Source: Octopus bimaculoides | Taxonomy: Eukaryota | Direction of reading: 5' to 3' | Length of the DNA: 64,000 bases | Assembly (NCBI RefSeq): GCF_001194135.2 | Contig: NC_068992.1 | Span: 4,922,094 to 4,986,093 of the forward strand | In this document: positions 11,567 to 25,664 of the stretch, piece after piece | Position numbering within the stretch: position 1 is the stretch's first letter | How the letters are laid out: each line of letters opens with the position of its first letter | Made by a program: the position numbers and the translations under genes | Notes under the pieces: model-generated | Databases searched by the model: none | Told to the model about the DNA's origin: nothing | Seen by the model: only the letters and a program-made list of their open reading frames with translations

Positions 11567-14104
11567 ATATGTGTATATATATGTGTATGTGTGTGTGTGT
11601 CTTTCTGTGTCTGTGTCTGTGCGTGTGTTTGTGTCTATGTGTTTGTTNNNNNNNNNNNNNNNNNNNNNNNNNNNNNNNNNNNNNNNNNNNNNNNNNNNNN
11701 NNNNNNNNNNNNNNNNNNNNNNNNNNNNNNNNNNNNNNNNNNNNNNNNNNNNNNNNNNNNNNNNNNNNNNNNNNNNNNNNNNNNNNNNNNNNNNNNNNNN
11801 NNNNNNNNNNNNNNNNNNNNNNNNNNNNNNNNNNNNNNNNNNNNNNNNNNNNNNNNNNNNNNNNNNNNNNNNNNNNNNNNNNNNNNNNNNNNNNNNNNNN
11901 NNNNNNNNNNNNNNNNNNNNNNNNNNNNNNNNNNNNNNNNNNNNNNNNNNNNNNNNNNNNNNNNNNNNNNNNNNNNNNNNNNNNNNNNNNNNNNNNNNNN
12001 NNNNNNNNNNNNNNNNNNNNNNNNNNNNNNNNNNNNNNNNNNNNNNNNNNNNNNNNNNNNNNNNNNNNNNNNNNNNNNNNNNNNNNNNNNNNNNNNNNNN
12101 NNNNNNNNNNNNNNNNNNNNNNNNNNNNNNNNNNNNNNNNNNNNNNNNNNNNNNNNNNNNNNNNNNNNNNNNNNNNNNNNNNNNNNNNNNNNNNNNNNNN
12201 NNNNNNNNNNNNNNNNNNNNNNNNNNNNNNNNNNNNNNNNNNNNNNNNNNNNNNNNNNNNNNNNNNNNNNNNNNNNNNNNNNNNNNNNNNNNNNNNNNNN
12301 NNNNNNNNNNNNNNNNNNNNNNNNNNNNNNNNNNNNNNNNNNNNNNNNNNNNNNNNNNNNNNNNNNNNNNNNNNNNNNNNNNNNNNNNNNNNNNNNNNNN
12401 NNNNNNNNNNNNNNNNNNNNNNNNNNNNNNNNNNNNNNNNNNNNNNNNNNNNNNNNNNNNNNNNNNNNNNNNNNNNNNNNNNNNNNNNNNNNNNNNNNNN
12501 NNNNNNNNNNNNNNNNNNNNNNNNNNNNNNNNNNNNNNNNNNNNNCATATATACATATATATACGTGTACTTTCTTCATATTGTATGCGTATAGAATAAA
12601 GATATATCCCACTCAGATTTGTGAAAAGAAATTCATTGAATACGTTACTAAAGTGCATAGAATTTCCTCATAGTATGCTAGATTTACATTTCACATTTTT
12701 TCGCAGCCATATGTACGTCAACTCATGATATGTGTAGTATGTGTATGTGTGTGTGTGTCTTTCTGTGTCTGTGTCTGTGCGTGTGTTTGTGTCTATGTGT
12801 TTGTTTGCGTGTCTGTGTTTGAGTGTGTGCGACGAATTGTGTAATTTGGTGAAAAATCCGTGAATTCCAGATTCTTTGGTTTCTCTGTAGAGCATTCTAA
12901 CCGATCCATTTTATTATATTCCAGTAATGCATTCCAGTCAATATTCTGGCTCATCTGATGACGGAATGGTAATATATTGACTGCTTAGAAATAGAAAAAA
13001 AAAAAAAAATCTGCGCATTTAGATACACATTCACACATGTATTTATTTTTGTGCTGTTCCTATGTGTGTGTCTTTCTATGTGTATATATNNNNNNNNNNN
13101 NNNNNNNNNNNNNNNNNNNNNNNNNNNNNNNNNNNNNNNNNNNNNNNNNNNNNNNNNATATACATATATATACATAAAACGATACACGCGCTTACACACA
13201 CAGACTCACACAAACTTAAATAGATAGAAACACACACATTCACATGTATGCAGATATTTATATATATAAACATCGACGCATAAACTCACTTATATCTTTT
13301 CCTTATATACATATGCCTAGCTTTAAATACAGAACACAGTTCTTGTTGTCTAACTTTCTGATACTAATTTTAAATGCGCAATGAAGGTCATCCTTTTCTC
13401 AATAAGATATATTAAAATCCAACAGACTTTTTCAGCTCATATCATGTGAATACGTAATGTAATATGTTATCAAGCCGGTCATTTCTCGTCTATCACAACA
13501 CAAGATTAAACAGTGTTCAATAATGTATTTCTCCCTGATTTTCGCAGATATACGCACATATTGGAATTTGCTGGAATGTCTTATCAGAATGTCTTAGATA
13601 TATAAATTTTCCTTTCCTTCATAACTAAATATGAATGTAGTGTTATTTTTAAGCTTCTTGTGAAGTTTCTCGGGAAATGTGCGTAACTAATTCGGAAAAC
13701 AATTATTTGTGATTTCCTTACGTAATAATTTCAGATAACACAAGCCAGACATAATAAATCAATAAAATGAAAACGGACATGACATCAAGAGAGTTGGATC
13801 AACTGGAAATAAAGGTATATCCAATACGAATATAATATATTGCGGAAATTATATTCAGATCTGACAAAGTATTACGGAAATATACTTAGAATCCACATCA
13901 TAATTGTACACAAGAAAGTATTATTATGTATAAGTGGATATCATTTTATATTTCCAAGTTAGATGTACAAATATAGAGACCTGATTAGGTTTTGTTTATG
14001 ATTCTTTTAAAATAGTGATTTGTAGCGTAGTTTTCAAGTAATCACCAGTTAAATATACATATATTTAATACGTTTATAATACATTCTATATTTTTCGATT
14101 TCCC

Positions 14105-14185
14105 ATTTATATCCATAGATATATCTACCTATCTACCTACCTACCTACCTACCTACCTGCCTACCTACCGACCTACCTAACTATA

Positions 14186-14217
<32 letters not shown>

Positions 14218-14263
14218 TTATCTATCTATCTATCCCTCCATCTATCTATCCCTCCATCAATCC

Positions 14264-14295
<32 letters not shown>

Positions 14296-14372
14296 ATCTA
14301 TTTATCTATCTATCTACCTTTCTATCTCTCTATCTGTCTGTCTGTGTATCTATTTATCTATCAACTTATTTA

Positions 14373-14403
<31 letters not shown>

Positions 14404-14405
14404 GC
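14105..14405. repeat. Compound (CTAC)n/(CT)n/(TATC)n/(TG)n microsatellite
   Basis: Directly visible. Confidence 0.9.
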
Positions 14406-14466
14406 TTCTGCATAGGTGCAGTCAAATGACTAAAACGATTAAAACAATATAAGGATAAAAAGATAA

Positions 14467-14541
<75 letters not shown>

Positions 14542-14615
14542 TACACCTATATGCTTACATGTGTATGCATACACACACACAAACACTCACTCTCACACAC
14601 ACACGCGTGCACACG

Positions 14616-14692
<77 letters not shown>

Positions 14693-15726
14693 GCATATTC
14701 TTGAAATTTTCATCGAAGAAAACAATATTCTCTATTATGAAGCAGCTGCTAAGGTCAATAAAGCATAGAAAATTGATTTCCAACGAGGTTTCATAATGAA
14801 TTCTAGGCCTTTATGTAATGAAGTTTGAACTAGATGTATATCTTACTGATTGTTTTCAGGGCTCAGTGGTGTATGCATGCGTAAATTAAACATCAGCAAC
14901 ACTAAGAAATCTATGCAAATTTTAGTTGTTGAAGGGGGTTGATTGTTGTTCGTAGAGACAAAATTAATAACTATAAGAATGCGCTCATCGACGTTTGACA
15001 AAAACGATAAAAAAGTGTAGAAATGTTGCCAACGGTGAAGTCTTCATATAAGTAAATAAATGTGAAAGAAAAAAGCTTACAAGAAAAAGTATTTTTCACT
15101 TGTTTTAAAATTGTTTTATACTTTCCAATATAAATGATAAATGAGTGTATATTATCTATCTGAAGTTCAAAGTGCTTCGAATATATTTATTTTTGAGATT
15201 TCGTTTTTTCAGTCTGCATCATAGTTCAGGATATCCTTTAAAATATATTTTTTTTAAAAATTATTATTTTTACATAATTTACTTACAGAAAATGAAGTTT
15301 CATGAAAATACGTCAAATATTGATAAAATATGAAGTGAGTTTTATATAAAGCTAAAGATTGGTTTATAGAAAGTCAATATTGAAAGAAGATGAAAGCAAC
15401 GTCATAGAAATATATGATAACAATATATATAATTTCGATAGAACGCAGATAGTGCGAAGTAGAATCACAAGATTTATATTCCAGATTACAGACAATATTA
15501 TTAAATATCTTTATATATACATGCATATTTATAAGTTCATACACAGGCATATATATGTGTGTGTATGCGTGTTGTGTGCGTGTGCCTATATACATATATA
15601 TGTATATACATTTTCACATATACACACAATATTTGATACACACTCAGACACACAAACACACCCACACATACATATATGTATAAATATATATATATGTATG
15701 TGAATAGAGATTTACATATATACATA

Positions 15727-15774
<48 letters not shown>

Positions 15775-15779
15775 AATTT

Positions 15780-15812
<33 letters not shown>

Positions 15813-17679
15813 ATACATACATGCTTGTACATGTACGTCTGTATACGTACTCACACGCACACACATATATGCATACATGTATATGTGTGTGTGTTTGCAT
15901 ATACATACGCATGTGTATGTATGTGTGACTATGTATGTGTAGGTTTACATGTGCCTAGGTATACACATAGATATAAGAGGACAAACACGTAGGATTAAAT
16001 TCGTGTTAATATACATGTTGTTCTCTCCTCCTCTATATCTTTCTTTGTCATGCATAAATTTCTTTTGAAAACCGATGAAATAAAACACGTAATTTTACTC
16101 TGGAAAGTTTTCTAGCATTCTATTACTGTATACTTAGATGTTTTACATACGATATAATAATCAATTTTAAATTCTTCCATCATTAGCAAAGCGTAAGTTA
16201 GATAAAGCATTCTGATTTATGTTTGAATAAAATCGAGTAACAAACTGTCCATGTTAAATGTCACGCTTAGTGAATAATGAAAAATATGTATGGTTCTACG
16301 AGAACGCATGCGAATAAACTTGAAGATATTATTATCTTATATGACAATTTACAACAAATTTGTGTAAAATACTCAGTTCCCAGCATGATCATTTTATTGC
16401 TATTGAGGTTGTATTCTATTTTCTTCTAGTGTAGTTCATATTTCTGGTCAGGCAGGATATATTTTAAACACTTTCCAATTATAAAGACCAGTCTTTGATT
16501 TGAAATTAGTATAACTCTCTGTATACAGCATGTCATGAGGTTAAGATCACAGTAACTTCAGAAAGTAACTGTCAATTTTACCAAGACGTATTCAGATATT
16601 TCTCAGCGTAGTTTGCTTGACGGAAACTGTTTGGAATTCGGCTACTGAATCGTCCCCATCCTAGAGATAGTAGACTTAATCTATCACCGGACTGAACAGA
16701 GCCAAATAATCCTTTCACAAAATTGAGATTCTTGTTTGTTGTTAGTCGTCAGACAGATCAGCAGTGTGTATGACAAATTCTACTGTGTTTACACTAATGT
16801 CGGTGACCCGTAATTTGCGACATCTAATTTGTCAGTTGTCTATTATTTCTAGAACGGCAATGTAATTCTGAAAATATTACGGCCGTTTTACACCCTTCTC
16901 AAGCAGTATAAATTTCCCTATGAAAGTAAACATTCTTGTACGTTTAATATGTATGCTTATATTATACAACAAAATTGTATATTCACAAATTAGTGCAAAT
17001 AAAAATAGCTCATCAGATCAACGAAAGATCAAGGTTACATCATCAGTTCAACTTTAAACATACACATAAAATCCAACATACATGTGTACAATGGAAGGTC
17101 AGAACTAAGAAAAATTGCATTTATATTGATAGTAAAGTTTAAGAAACCGAGTCTTTCTATTACAGAAAAATATTATTCACACGTGCGTTCTCTCATATCA
17201 ATTAATTTAAGGTGAAATTTATTTGAGTAAATAAAATGGTGAAGTACTTGTTTTCTCTCCTTCAGTTATAATAAACAATTTTGTATCGCATTTTATATTT
17301 TTCTTGATACATTTCTGCATTGTATTCACTTCCTCTCGTAGTCAAATTTGTATAATCTTTAAGATGTCATCAGTATATCTCTGCGAGAAAAAAAGTCTAA
17401 TATTAAGCTAAAAGCAATTAATATTTTCTTTAATCAATAGATTTTCTATGAGGACATTTTAGAAACTATTTTCATTGCTTTACTGATATATAAACTGGAA
17501 TTAATTTCCACCGTACAACATGTGTGTGTGTGTTGCGTTTGAGTGTATATGTTTGTGTGTGCGTGTAAGTGCGTGTGTGTGAACGCGTGGTGTTTGTGCG
17601 TGTTGTATAATGTTAAATACTGAAAACTTAGAAATATTACTATAGCTGATGTAATATCTCTTTGACGAGATTTCCTCAC

Positions 17680-17816
17680 TCTTCCATTCCTGAAATAGGA
17701 TAATACACTTGTTGTTGCCTTAAACCTTCTATAGCTGGATCTTCCTGAAATCTCTCAAGTATTGCAATAGATATCCAGAATCGATTATTATTTATGAATG
17801 GCGCTCCCAAATAATT
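17680..17816 (-). CDS. Candidate coding exon of an unidentified gene (137 nt)
   Basis: Acceptor tttatattcattctaccttctag|, donor |gtgagg. One open frame: NYLGAPFINNNRFWISIAILERFQEDPAIEGLRQQQVYYPISGME. No homolog recognised. Confidence 0.3.
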
Positions 17817-18810
17817 CTAGAAGGTAGAATGAATATAAAGCGATAACCTCTTCAAAATCGATATTCAGTAGATTTTATGATACACCGAAAAAGAAAATCA
17901 TTAAACAACAATGCACATCTATTTTCCCTCTATATATATTCAAGCACCGGGATTAATTTCCAGAAATAATGTATGCTTCTATATTTCATGTTACAAACGG
18001 TGCACAATAGCACCATTGGTCACAAATTTCCACTGATCCAATTCCTAATTCTATTCTACTTCCCTGTATTTCATTCGCGTATCTCACCATTGATGACAGC
18101 GTGATTAAGCAAATGTATATTCTACGGGAGCAAATACGTAAAATGCAGGTGTTCGTTTCACTGGTTCATCCTTAAATTCTTTGACAACAAATATTTTCTA
18201 TCTCTCAAAGACATATACATGCACATGCAAGCACTCACACAGAGGTATACATACATCTGCATGAGCACATAGATATCTCTGCCTCACAAACACAAAAAAG
18301 CAGACATATATTTCTGTATGTGTATATATTTGTATAAGTGCATGTATCACGAAAGCATTATTTACATGGTTTTTATCTGAGAACACAATATCGCGCAATT
18401 CATTGAGCAGAATGTAATTATGGTAACTGATGCTGCTGAAACACAGAGATTCTAACTACTTGTGACATGGTTGTGAAAGTAATATGTAAGACACGGAAAC
18501 TGGCACGTATCAATTGGGTTTTGGAAATATCAAGTGACATATATTTTTGATTCAACATACTTGTCGATGGTCCAGATAAATAGCTTTGTGTCTAATAAAG
18601 AAACAGAAAATTGAAGTAAAGAAATTTATAAAAGACGTATTGATTTTAGCAAAAGTATTGGACTGTTGCATATATAAATATTGTATTGTGGGTGGCAAAA
18701 ACCATGGTCTACTGAACAACGCTTGATGTACTATACACACACATACACACTCACACATACACACACTCAGCATACCGACACACCTATATATGTATATATA
18801 TATATATATA

Positions 18811-18975
18811 TATAGGGAGAATTCACAATAAAAAGCAAAAGACGCAGACAGGTGGTCTAGACAATAAACAGGTGTATTAGTATAGCGCTCGGGAAGTGAA
18901 AAAGTGTTTAACGTTTCGATTCGAGGCTACGTTCTTACTCAGAAAGAAACAAGGAGAGAAAAAAGAATGTGTAAT
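18811..18975. mobile_element. Interspersed repeat with degenerate hammerhead-like motif (Penelope-like terminal repeat type)
   Basis: Homologous to 37438-37620 and, inverted, to 23256-23350. Minus strand at 18905-18945 reads CTGAGTA-AGAACGTAGCCTCGAATC-GAAACGTT. Confidence 0.6.
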
Positions 18976-19329
18976 GTCCACAACGTTCGCAATAGCAACA
19001 TATTTTTTGCCATCTTGGAAACGCCTAAAGCACTCGTACTGTTGTGTGCGGCTCATACACTCCTCTGCATATACTTTCTGCAACTTTGCGTATACATCTG
19101 AGCAGGAATCACCATGACAGCTTTCTATGTCATGGTCAATGCACCGATCGCACGCTACACGCCTTCCTTCCAAACAATGTTGTAAATAGCGGAAGTGAGT
19201 TAGAACGTTAAATTTTAAAGCGCACTCACTGCAGAGTTCTAGGTCAATCTGCTGCAATCGGTTTCACTCTCAGGGCTTTAGCCTCGTTTCTACGGCAACA
19301 GTACGGATCCTTATTGATCAGATCTCGTG
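18976..19329 (-). mobile_element. Mariner 5' fragment (terminus, leader, transposase N-terminal HTH)
   Basis: Reads GDSCSDVYAKLQKVYAEECMSRTQQYECFRRFQDGKK, cf. the mariner consensus ...YGEECMSRTQVYEWFxRFxxG. Terminus CACGAGATCTGATCAATAAG next to TA at ~19329. Confidence 0.8.
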
Positions 19330-19381
19330 TATGTATACCGGTATGCACATATAATCACATATACCTGTGTATTATGCATTT

Positions 19382-19446
<65 letters not shown>

Positions 19447-22400
19447 TATGTGTTTATATATAAACATTCATCAGCTACCTATAGCCATTTTATTCATTAT
19501 ATCGATTTAGTTTAAATTATTACAAGAAGTTGCCAGGTCGATTAATGTAAGAGATTATACCAGCATATTGGTATTCCAGTTTTTCTGTCAGAGAAATTTG
19601 TGACGCTATGCCAATGATATGTCATTGCAACGTGTATCAGGGACGCTTTGAATAGACACATAATTTTATATGGAAATGCATTTGGATGATATACACATGT
19701 TCTTTCGATTATGGATGATTTCCAAACCAATCCGAAGAAATTATTAACTCTTCGCGTTACACCTTTGTTGAATTATGTACACTGCCAAACTTTTAAATTT
19801 CCCAATTTAATCAGAGGGTGAATTATAAAGAAATGAAAACGCGCATCTATTTACCTACGTCCATCTAATTAAGTGCATCTTTCACTAACTTCCATCATAG
19901 ACATTTCATTACGTCTGTAAATTATTGGAAACTTTTAAAGCCGATTATTTTTAATAAAACTTCTCAATATATATATATATAAAACTCATTCCACGTATTT
20001 CTTATTTATAACATTATTATTCAATTTACTTTAATTTTTGTTGGTAATATATCATGGAATTTAGGCAAGGTTTCTCTGAAAAAGATTAGCACGTCTAATC
20101 GCAATTCATATACTCTCTCTAATGTGAGTCAAATTTCGATTGTGCAAGCGCTCCTTTTACATTCAGTAATGTGTTTTTCTTGTGTATCAAAATGGTGTGA
20201 AGTGATTTATTTCTATAACTGTTCATTTTAGGTAATATCTTAAATGCAACATATTGCATCTGCTTATGACAGACAAATCTACCTGATATATGAAACTTAC
20301 TTGCGGAGCCTTGGCTTTAAATAATTTCATATCATTGACTTAATCATTAAATTACAAGTTGGTTCCTTTTAGCATTATCCGAGTGTGACGTTTAATTTTA
20401 ATGGAGTTACACTGTAGAAAATATGAATGTGCGATGAAAATATCATTTTCTTTAATTTATTTTGGTCTTAAGGGTAATCAACTTGTGCTCATAATATTAT
20501 TAATAATCATAAAACATTTTTTCCTCTGATACATGCTTTAAAATATCCAGAAATTCAACATCAAATACAAGTATATTCCAAATAGTAAAATGCACACATA
20601 TATGAAAAGAGGAACGCAATGTCGAAAAATAACGTTTAAAATACCGAACCAACAAGAAATTCATTTAGATAGAATCACCAGCAAATGTCTTCAAGGCTGA
20701 AGTCCGGCTCCAACGGAGTTAAACCTCAAGAATGTTGTCCTATATATATATGCATATATATATATATATATATATATATANNNNNNNNNNNNNNNNNNNN
20801 NNNNNNNNNNNNNNNNNNNNNNNNNNNNNNNNNNNNNNNNNNNNNNNNNNNNNNNNNNNNNNNNNNNNNNNNNNNNNNNNNNNNNNNNNNNNNNNNNNNN
20901 NNNNNNNNNNNNNNNNNNNNNNNNNNNNNNNNNNNNNNNNNNNNNNNNNNNNNNNNNNNNNNNNNNNNNNNNNNNNNNNNNNNNNNNNNNNNNNNNNNNN
21001 NNNNNNNNNNNNNNNNNNNNNNNNNNNNNNNNNNNNNNNNNNNNNNNNNNNNNNNNNNNNNNNNNNNNNNNNNNNNNNNNNNNNNNNNNNNNNNNNNNNN
21101 NNNNNNNNNNNNNNNNNNNNNNNNNNNNNNNNNNNNNNNNNNNNNNNNNNNNNNNNNNNNNNNNNNNNNNNNNNNNNNNNNNNNNNNNNNNNNNNNNNNN
21201 NNNNNNNNNNNNNNNNNNNNNNNNNNNNNNNNNNNNNNNNNNNNNNNNNNNNNNNNNNNNNNNNNNNNNNNNNNNNNNNNNNNNNNNNNNNNNNNNNNNN
21301 NNNNNNNNNNNNNNNNNNNNNNNNNNNNNNNNNNNNNNNNNNNNNNNNNNNNNNNNNNNNNNNNNNNNNNNNNNNNNNNNNNNNNNNNNNNNNNNNNNNN
21401 NNNNNNNNNNNNNNNNNNNNNNNNNNNNNNNNNNNNNNNNNNNNNNNNNNNNNNNNNNNNNNNNNNNNNNNNNNNNNNNNNNNNNNNNNNNNNNNNNNNN
21501 NNNNNNNNNNNNNNNNNTAAATTATATCAATGAAATAAATAACATTTAAGCGTAAAGTATATTTTCCGATGATAATAGAAACTATATTTCACCTATAATA
21601 TTTATTTCATGTTTCTTTCATATTTAGCATAAGAGCTACATTTCAGCAAACATTATTTTATTTATTCTGTTTTTGTAGTATCATTTACTGAATGTAATAT
21701 CTAAGTGCTTTTCTAAGCTAATCGTTTCAATGTTGATATGTATTTCATTGAGGAAGATTTAACGCATATATTCCTCAGGAGAGCGTAAATATCGTTCCAT
21801 CAATCGTAAAATGATATCTAGTTGCTGATATGGCTTACAGCACGTTTAGACATGTTATTGGCAAAGGGGATTGGATTATCGAAGAAATTGTAATGCCTGT
21901 TTATCTCAGAGAATATTTTGTGGATATTATTAGGTTGAAAAGTAGAGTACAAGGAAAAAAAAACAGCGAACGGGTAATCATGATTTATACAGTTATCGTC
22001 CCAATAAATAACGTACAATCGTTATTACAGCAGGGCTAGATTTTGGCGGTTCGTNNNNNNNNNNNNNNNNNNNNNNNNNNNNNNNATATATATATATATA
22101 CATATATATTTGTGTGTTTGTGTATATACATATATATATATATACATACATGAATTTTTTTAAATATTTATATGGTGCATTCTAAAGAGTTTACTTAAAT
22201 GAAGTAAATATATAGTAAAACATTATACGTTGATAAATCACTACTAGATCACAAGTATTTTGCAGTTTAAAGAAATTTTCCGTATTGCATATTCTATTTA
22301 ATTCGGTCAGTGCAGGTAAATGTGAAATGATTAAGATATAATATAAATATTATACGTTATAGATGCAGAACTATCAGTGAGATACTGCAAATTAGGGCAA

Positions 22401-23255
22401 CATATTAAATAGTTTTGAGAATTTAACGATTTTAGATTCTGTAATATGGAGGTTAATAATTTCGCACTTTAGAAGATGAGTTAAATTTCGTTAATTGATA
22501 TTCATTTTCATTTCCCAGTCTCGATGTAATAAAACGCGGAGATAGAAAATGAGAGATTATATATTAAGCAAATTACAGTGATTCTTATGTGTTTGAGATT
22601 TGGATATCAAAAGCATTTTAATATAGGTAGTACAGGCGAAACACTGAAAGGAGAGCAATGGGACACATGTATGTTGGTGATATGCTACTTTCCATTACAG
22701 AGAAAGATGTCAGGTGGCAAAGAAGGAGAAAAAGAGACTGAGAACTACAGTGAAAGAGAGGGGGGAGGAAACTGAGAGAGACACTGAGAGAGGTAGAGAA
22801 AACAGAGACAAGAGGGGAAGGGAGAGGGAGAAAGATAGAGAGAGAGAGATGTGATAATACTAACTGTTGTTTGTAGTGATTGCAGGAAATGGTAACCAGG
22901 GGAAATAAATGAGCGCTTGTGTAGCATCGGATAATAGAAGGCGAACGACTATTCCGGATTTAAATGTTGCTGTCTTTAGCTTTACATTAGCCTTGCTGAA
23001 GTAAACTTATGATAATAGATTCACTAAAATCATATATGTTACTGTTACACTGGAATATGCTTTGTCATCCAAGTAATGTAACACATTTCATTATATTAGA
23101 TGGCGATTCCACGAATTGTTTTGAAGTCAGGTAATAATTTAAATGGTATTTCTTCTCTGTCTCTGATCTCAATGTGCAGCATTCGTTATTTTCTCCACGA
23201 AAGAATGGTTTATTCCGAAACACACATACACGCATATATATATGTATAGGCTTTG

Positions 23256-23350
23256 TTACTTCCTGAGCATTAAACTAATACATTTGTTTGTTGCTTACAC
23301 ACCCGTCTTCAGGTTTTCGTTTCTTTTGTTTTTTGTAAATTCCAACTATA
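23256..23350. mobile_element. Partial inverted copy of the 18811/37438 repeat family
   Basis: acttcctgagcattaaactaatacatttgtttgttgcttacac... is the reverse complement of the family's left part. Confidence 0.65.
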
Positions 23351-23494
23351 TATACGTATATACTTGCTGACATACCAGGTAATTCCAAGAAAAATGGGTC
23401 TTATCTCTTGGTCCCATTCTCATAATTGTTTCGCTAATCCAAAAGCAACAATACAAAGCATGTAGCGCTTAGAACGGTTTTTCTGCATTTACAG

Positions 23495-23540
23495 AGAACA
23501 TCGAAGCGTCTTATATAGGATCTGGCTTTAAGAAATCTCA
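23495..23540 (+). CDS. Candidate 46-nt exon
   Basis: Acceptor ggtttttctgcatttacag|, donor |gtaagc; only one open frame, (E)NIEASYIGSGFKKS. Chance occurrence is not excluded. Confidence 0.2.
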
Positions 23541-23614
23541 GTAAGCTATGAATACCAAAATCATTAAGTCAAATACGTAATAACATGCAACTTAGTAACC
23601 CAAAACTTGTCTTT

Positions 23615-24050
23615 GTTATAGAGTACATCTTTAAAAAACAACGACATAACTACCAGTATAAATAAAGAAAGTGTTCATACATGTAATCAGCGTATGACTT
23701 TAATGAGGACAGTGTAGAAGACTATTGGGGAGGGGAAGAAAAAGAAATGCTTTTAAATAGGTGATTTCCCATTGGCCATTAAAGAAAAGTAAAGAGTACA
23801 TCTTAATAAAACATTAACACAGCTATCAATATAAATTAAGAAGATATTCCTTCATGTAAACTGTGTGTGAACTTTATGAGGACAGCGCAGATTGCAATGT
23901 AATTGATAGATAAATGGCAATTTATGTCTGCTTGTGTGCTTGGATGTTACATAGAGTACATCGTTACAAAACATTAACACATCTATCAATATAACTTAAG
24001 AACATGTTCCTACATATGAGCAGGGTGTTATCTTTGTAATGACCGAGTAT
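23615..24050. repeat. Diverged three-unit tandem repeat, ~160-173 bp period
   Basis: Anchor AGAGTACATC at 23620, 23793 and 23953, each followed by homologous AAAAC...CAATATAA...TTC..CAT; units 1 and 2 also share TGAGGACAG. Confidence 0.75.
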
Positions 24051-24574
24051 TTGTCTAAAAGCAGAACAGTTCTTCATGCAACGCCTGTCAGCTGGCTGAA
24101 GTGACATGAAAGGCATAGTCATTCATGGTATATTCGTGAATATGTCACTAACCGAAATAAGTGGATTTATTGTTGAGCAAAATACTATTTACTTGCTTAA
24201 GGGTTGTTCTGGGTAAAGTGCAAAAATAACCGCAACAGTTCAAAAACTAAGAATTAAACACACTCAACTTGATTTATGAAGAAAAATGAATGGGTTATTT
24301 CCCTTGACCGCTGAAGGAAAATAGATGAGTTATACCAGGATCACTTCTCGGGGCCGTAACCGTCCAAATATAGATTTTTCTTAAACTGCAATGACCTTAG
24401 TAACAAGCTATATGTTACTTTATTATGTATTTAACATTTCACGAAGATTCATTTACAAGTGTAAACGGCGACTTGATACAAAGAAACATCCAAAGAGACT
24501 GCCGGTTATATNNNNNNNNNNNNNNNNNNNNNNNNNNTATATATCTATATATATATATATATATCAATGTATTT

Positions 24575-24731
24575 GCGCAAATAGTTCTCGTCTACCAAAA
24601 CCACTGGGAAAGCTTTGACTTCACTTGCCTATATTCGAAGACGATTGTCCAAGATGCTATTCGTAGAGACTTAACCCGGAAAAATATTGTTTGTAAGCAA
24701 GCGTTTACCACACAGCGACATCTGCGCCTAT
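24575..24731 (-). mobile_element. SINE family 1, 5' half, highly decayed
   Basis: cgtctaccaaaacc...gtccaagatgc...aacccggaa...gtaagcaagcgtttaccacacagcgacatctgcgcc matches the reverse complement of the family 1 head. Confidence 0.65.
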
Positions 24732-25559
24732 ATCGGTATACAGAGGACAGATTTGGCGAAATACAGAGAATATTTTGAAAATTTAAACTGTTATGATATA
24801 TGATGATCTTAACGGCAGTGTCAGCAAACGTTTATGAGCACATAAAGAATTTTAAAATGTGTCACTGCTAATTTGTGACAGTAAAATGGGAAAAAAGAAA
24901 TGGCAATAAACATACATTGTCATAGATTTTAGTGTATGCGTTGGACAACATCTAATTGTGCAATTAATGTAATGGAGATGGATGTGGATATTAAATCAGG
25001 TTCAAAGGTGAACAGTTTTCACTGCTTTATATTTTATAAAATCGTGGAAGATTGCTTTTATGTACATCTGCGTCACATGAATAACACCTTTCGTATTCAA
25101 AATTTTAAATATATTATTTGGTTCTAAAAGCAACAAATATAGCAATGCATAAATATTTACTGACAAATTTCTAATGTGCATGCCATTAAATATACACGAA
25201 ATTCCAATCTCTAATAAATGTCAGTTAGTTTTAAATATTTGATCATGCTGAGGTAGCCTGAAGCAAACCCTATCGTTATTACGTATGATACTCAGTAAGT
25301 TCTTCAAAGTGTATTTATTGAACAATGTCATTTTAGAGAAATCTTCGCAATTAATATACAGTCATGTAATAATAAATTCATCGCATGCGTAAAGTATCTA
25401 AATTAAAAGCATTATTTGTTGTTTTCTCCTAATAGACTTTTCTGAAAGATTTAGCATTAATTATTTACGATCTCTTGTGTGTATGTGTGTTCGTGTGTGT
25501 ATATACGTATATATTGCATATACATGCGATATATATGTGTGTGTGTATGTGTATGTATG

Positions 25560-25664
<105 letters not shown>

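Noticed and set aside
11436-12673. Longest ORFs in the track (325-386 aa); likewise 20685-21533 and 2456-2847
   Set aside because: They are N-runs translated as X.
20301-20411. Minus-strand segment between a strong acceptor (ttttctacag) and donor (gtaagt)
   Set aside because: Stops in all three frames; at most a non-coding exon, with no support.
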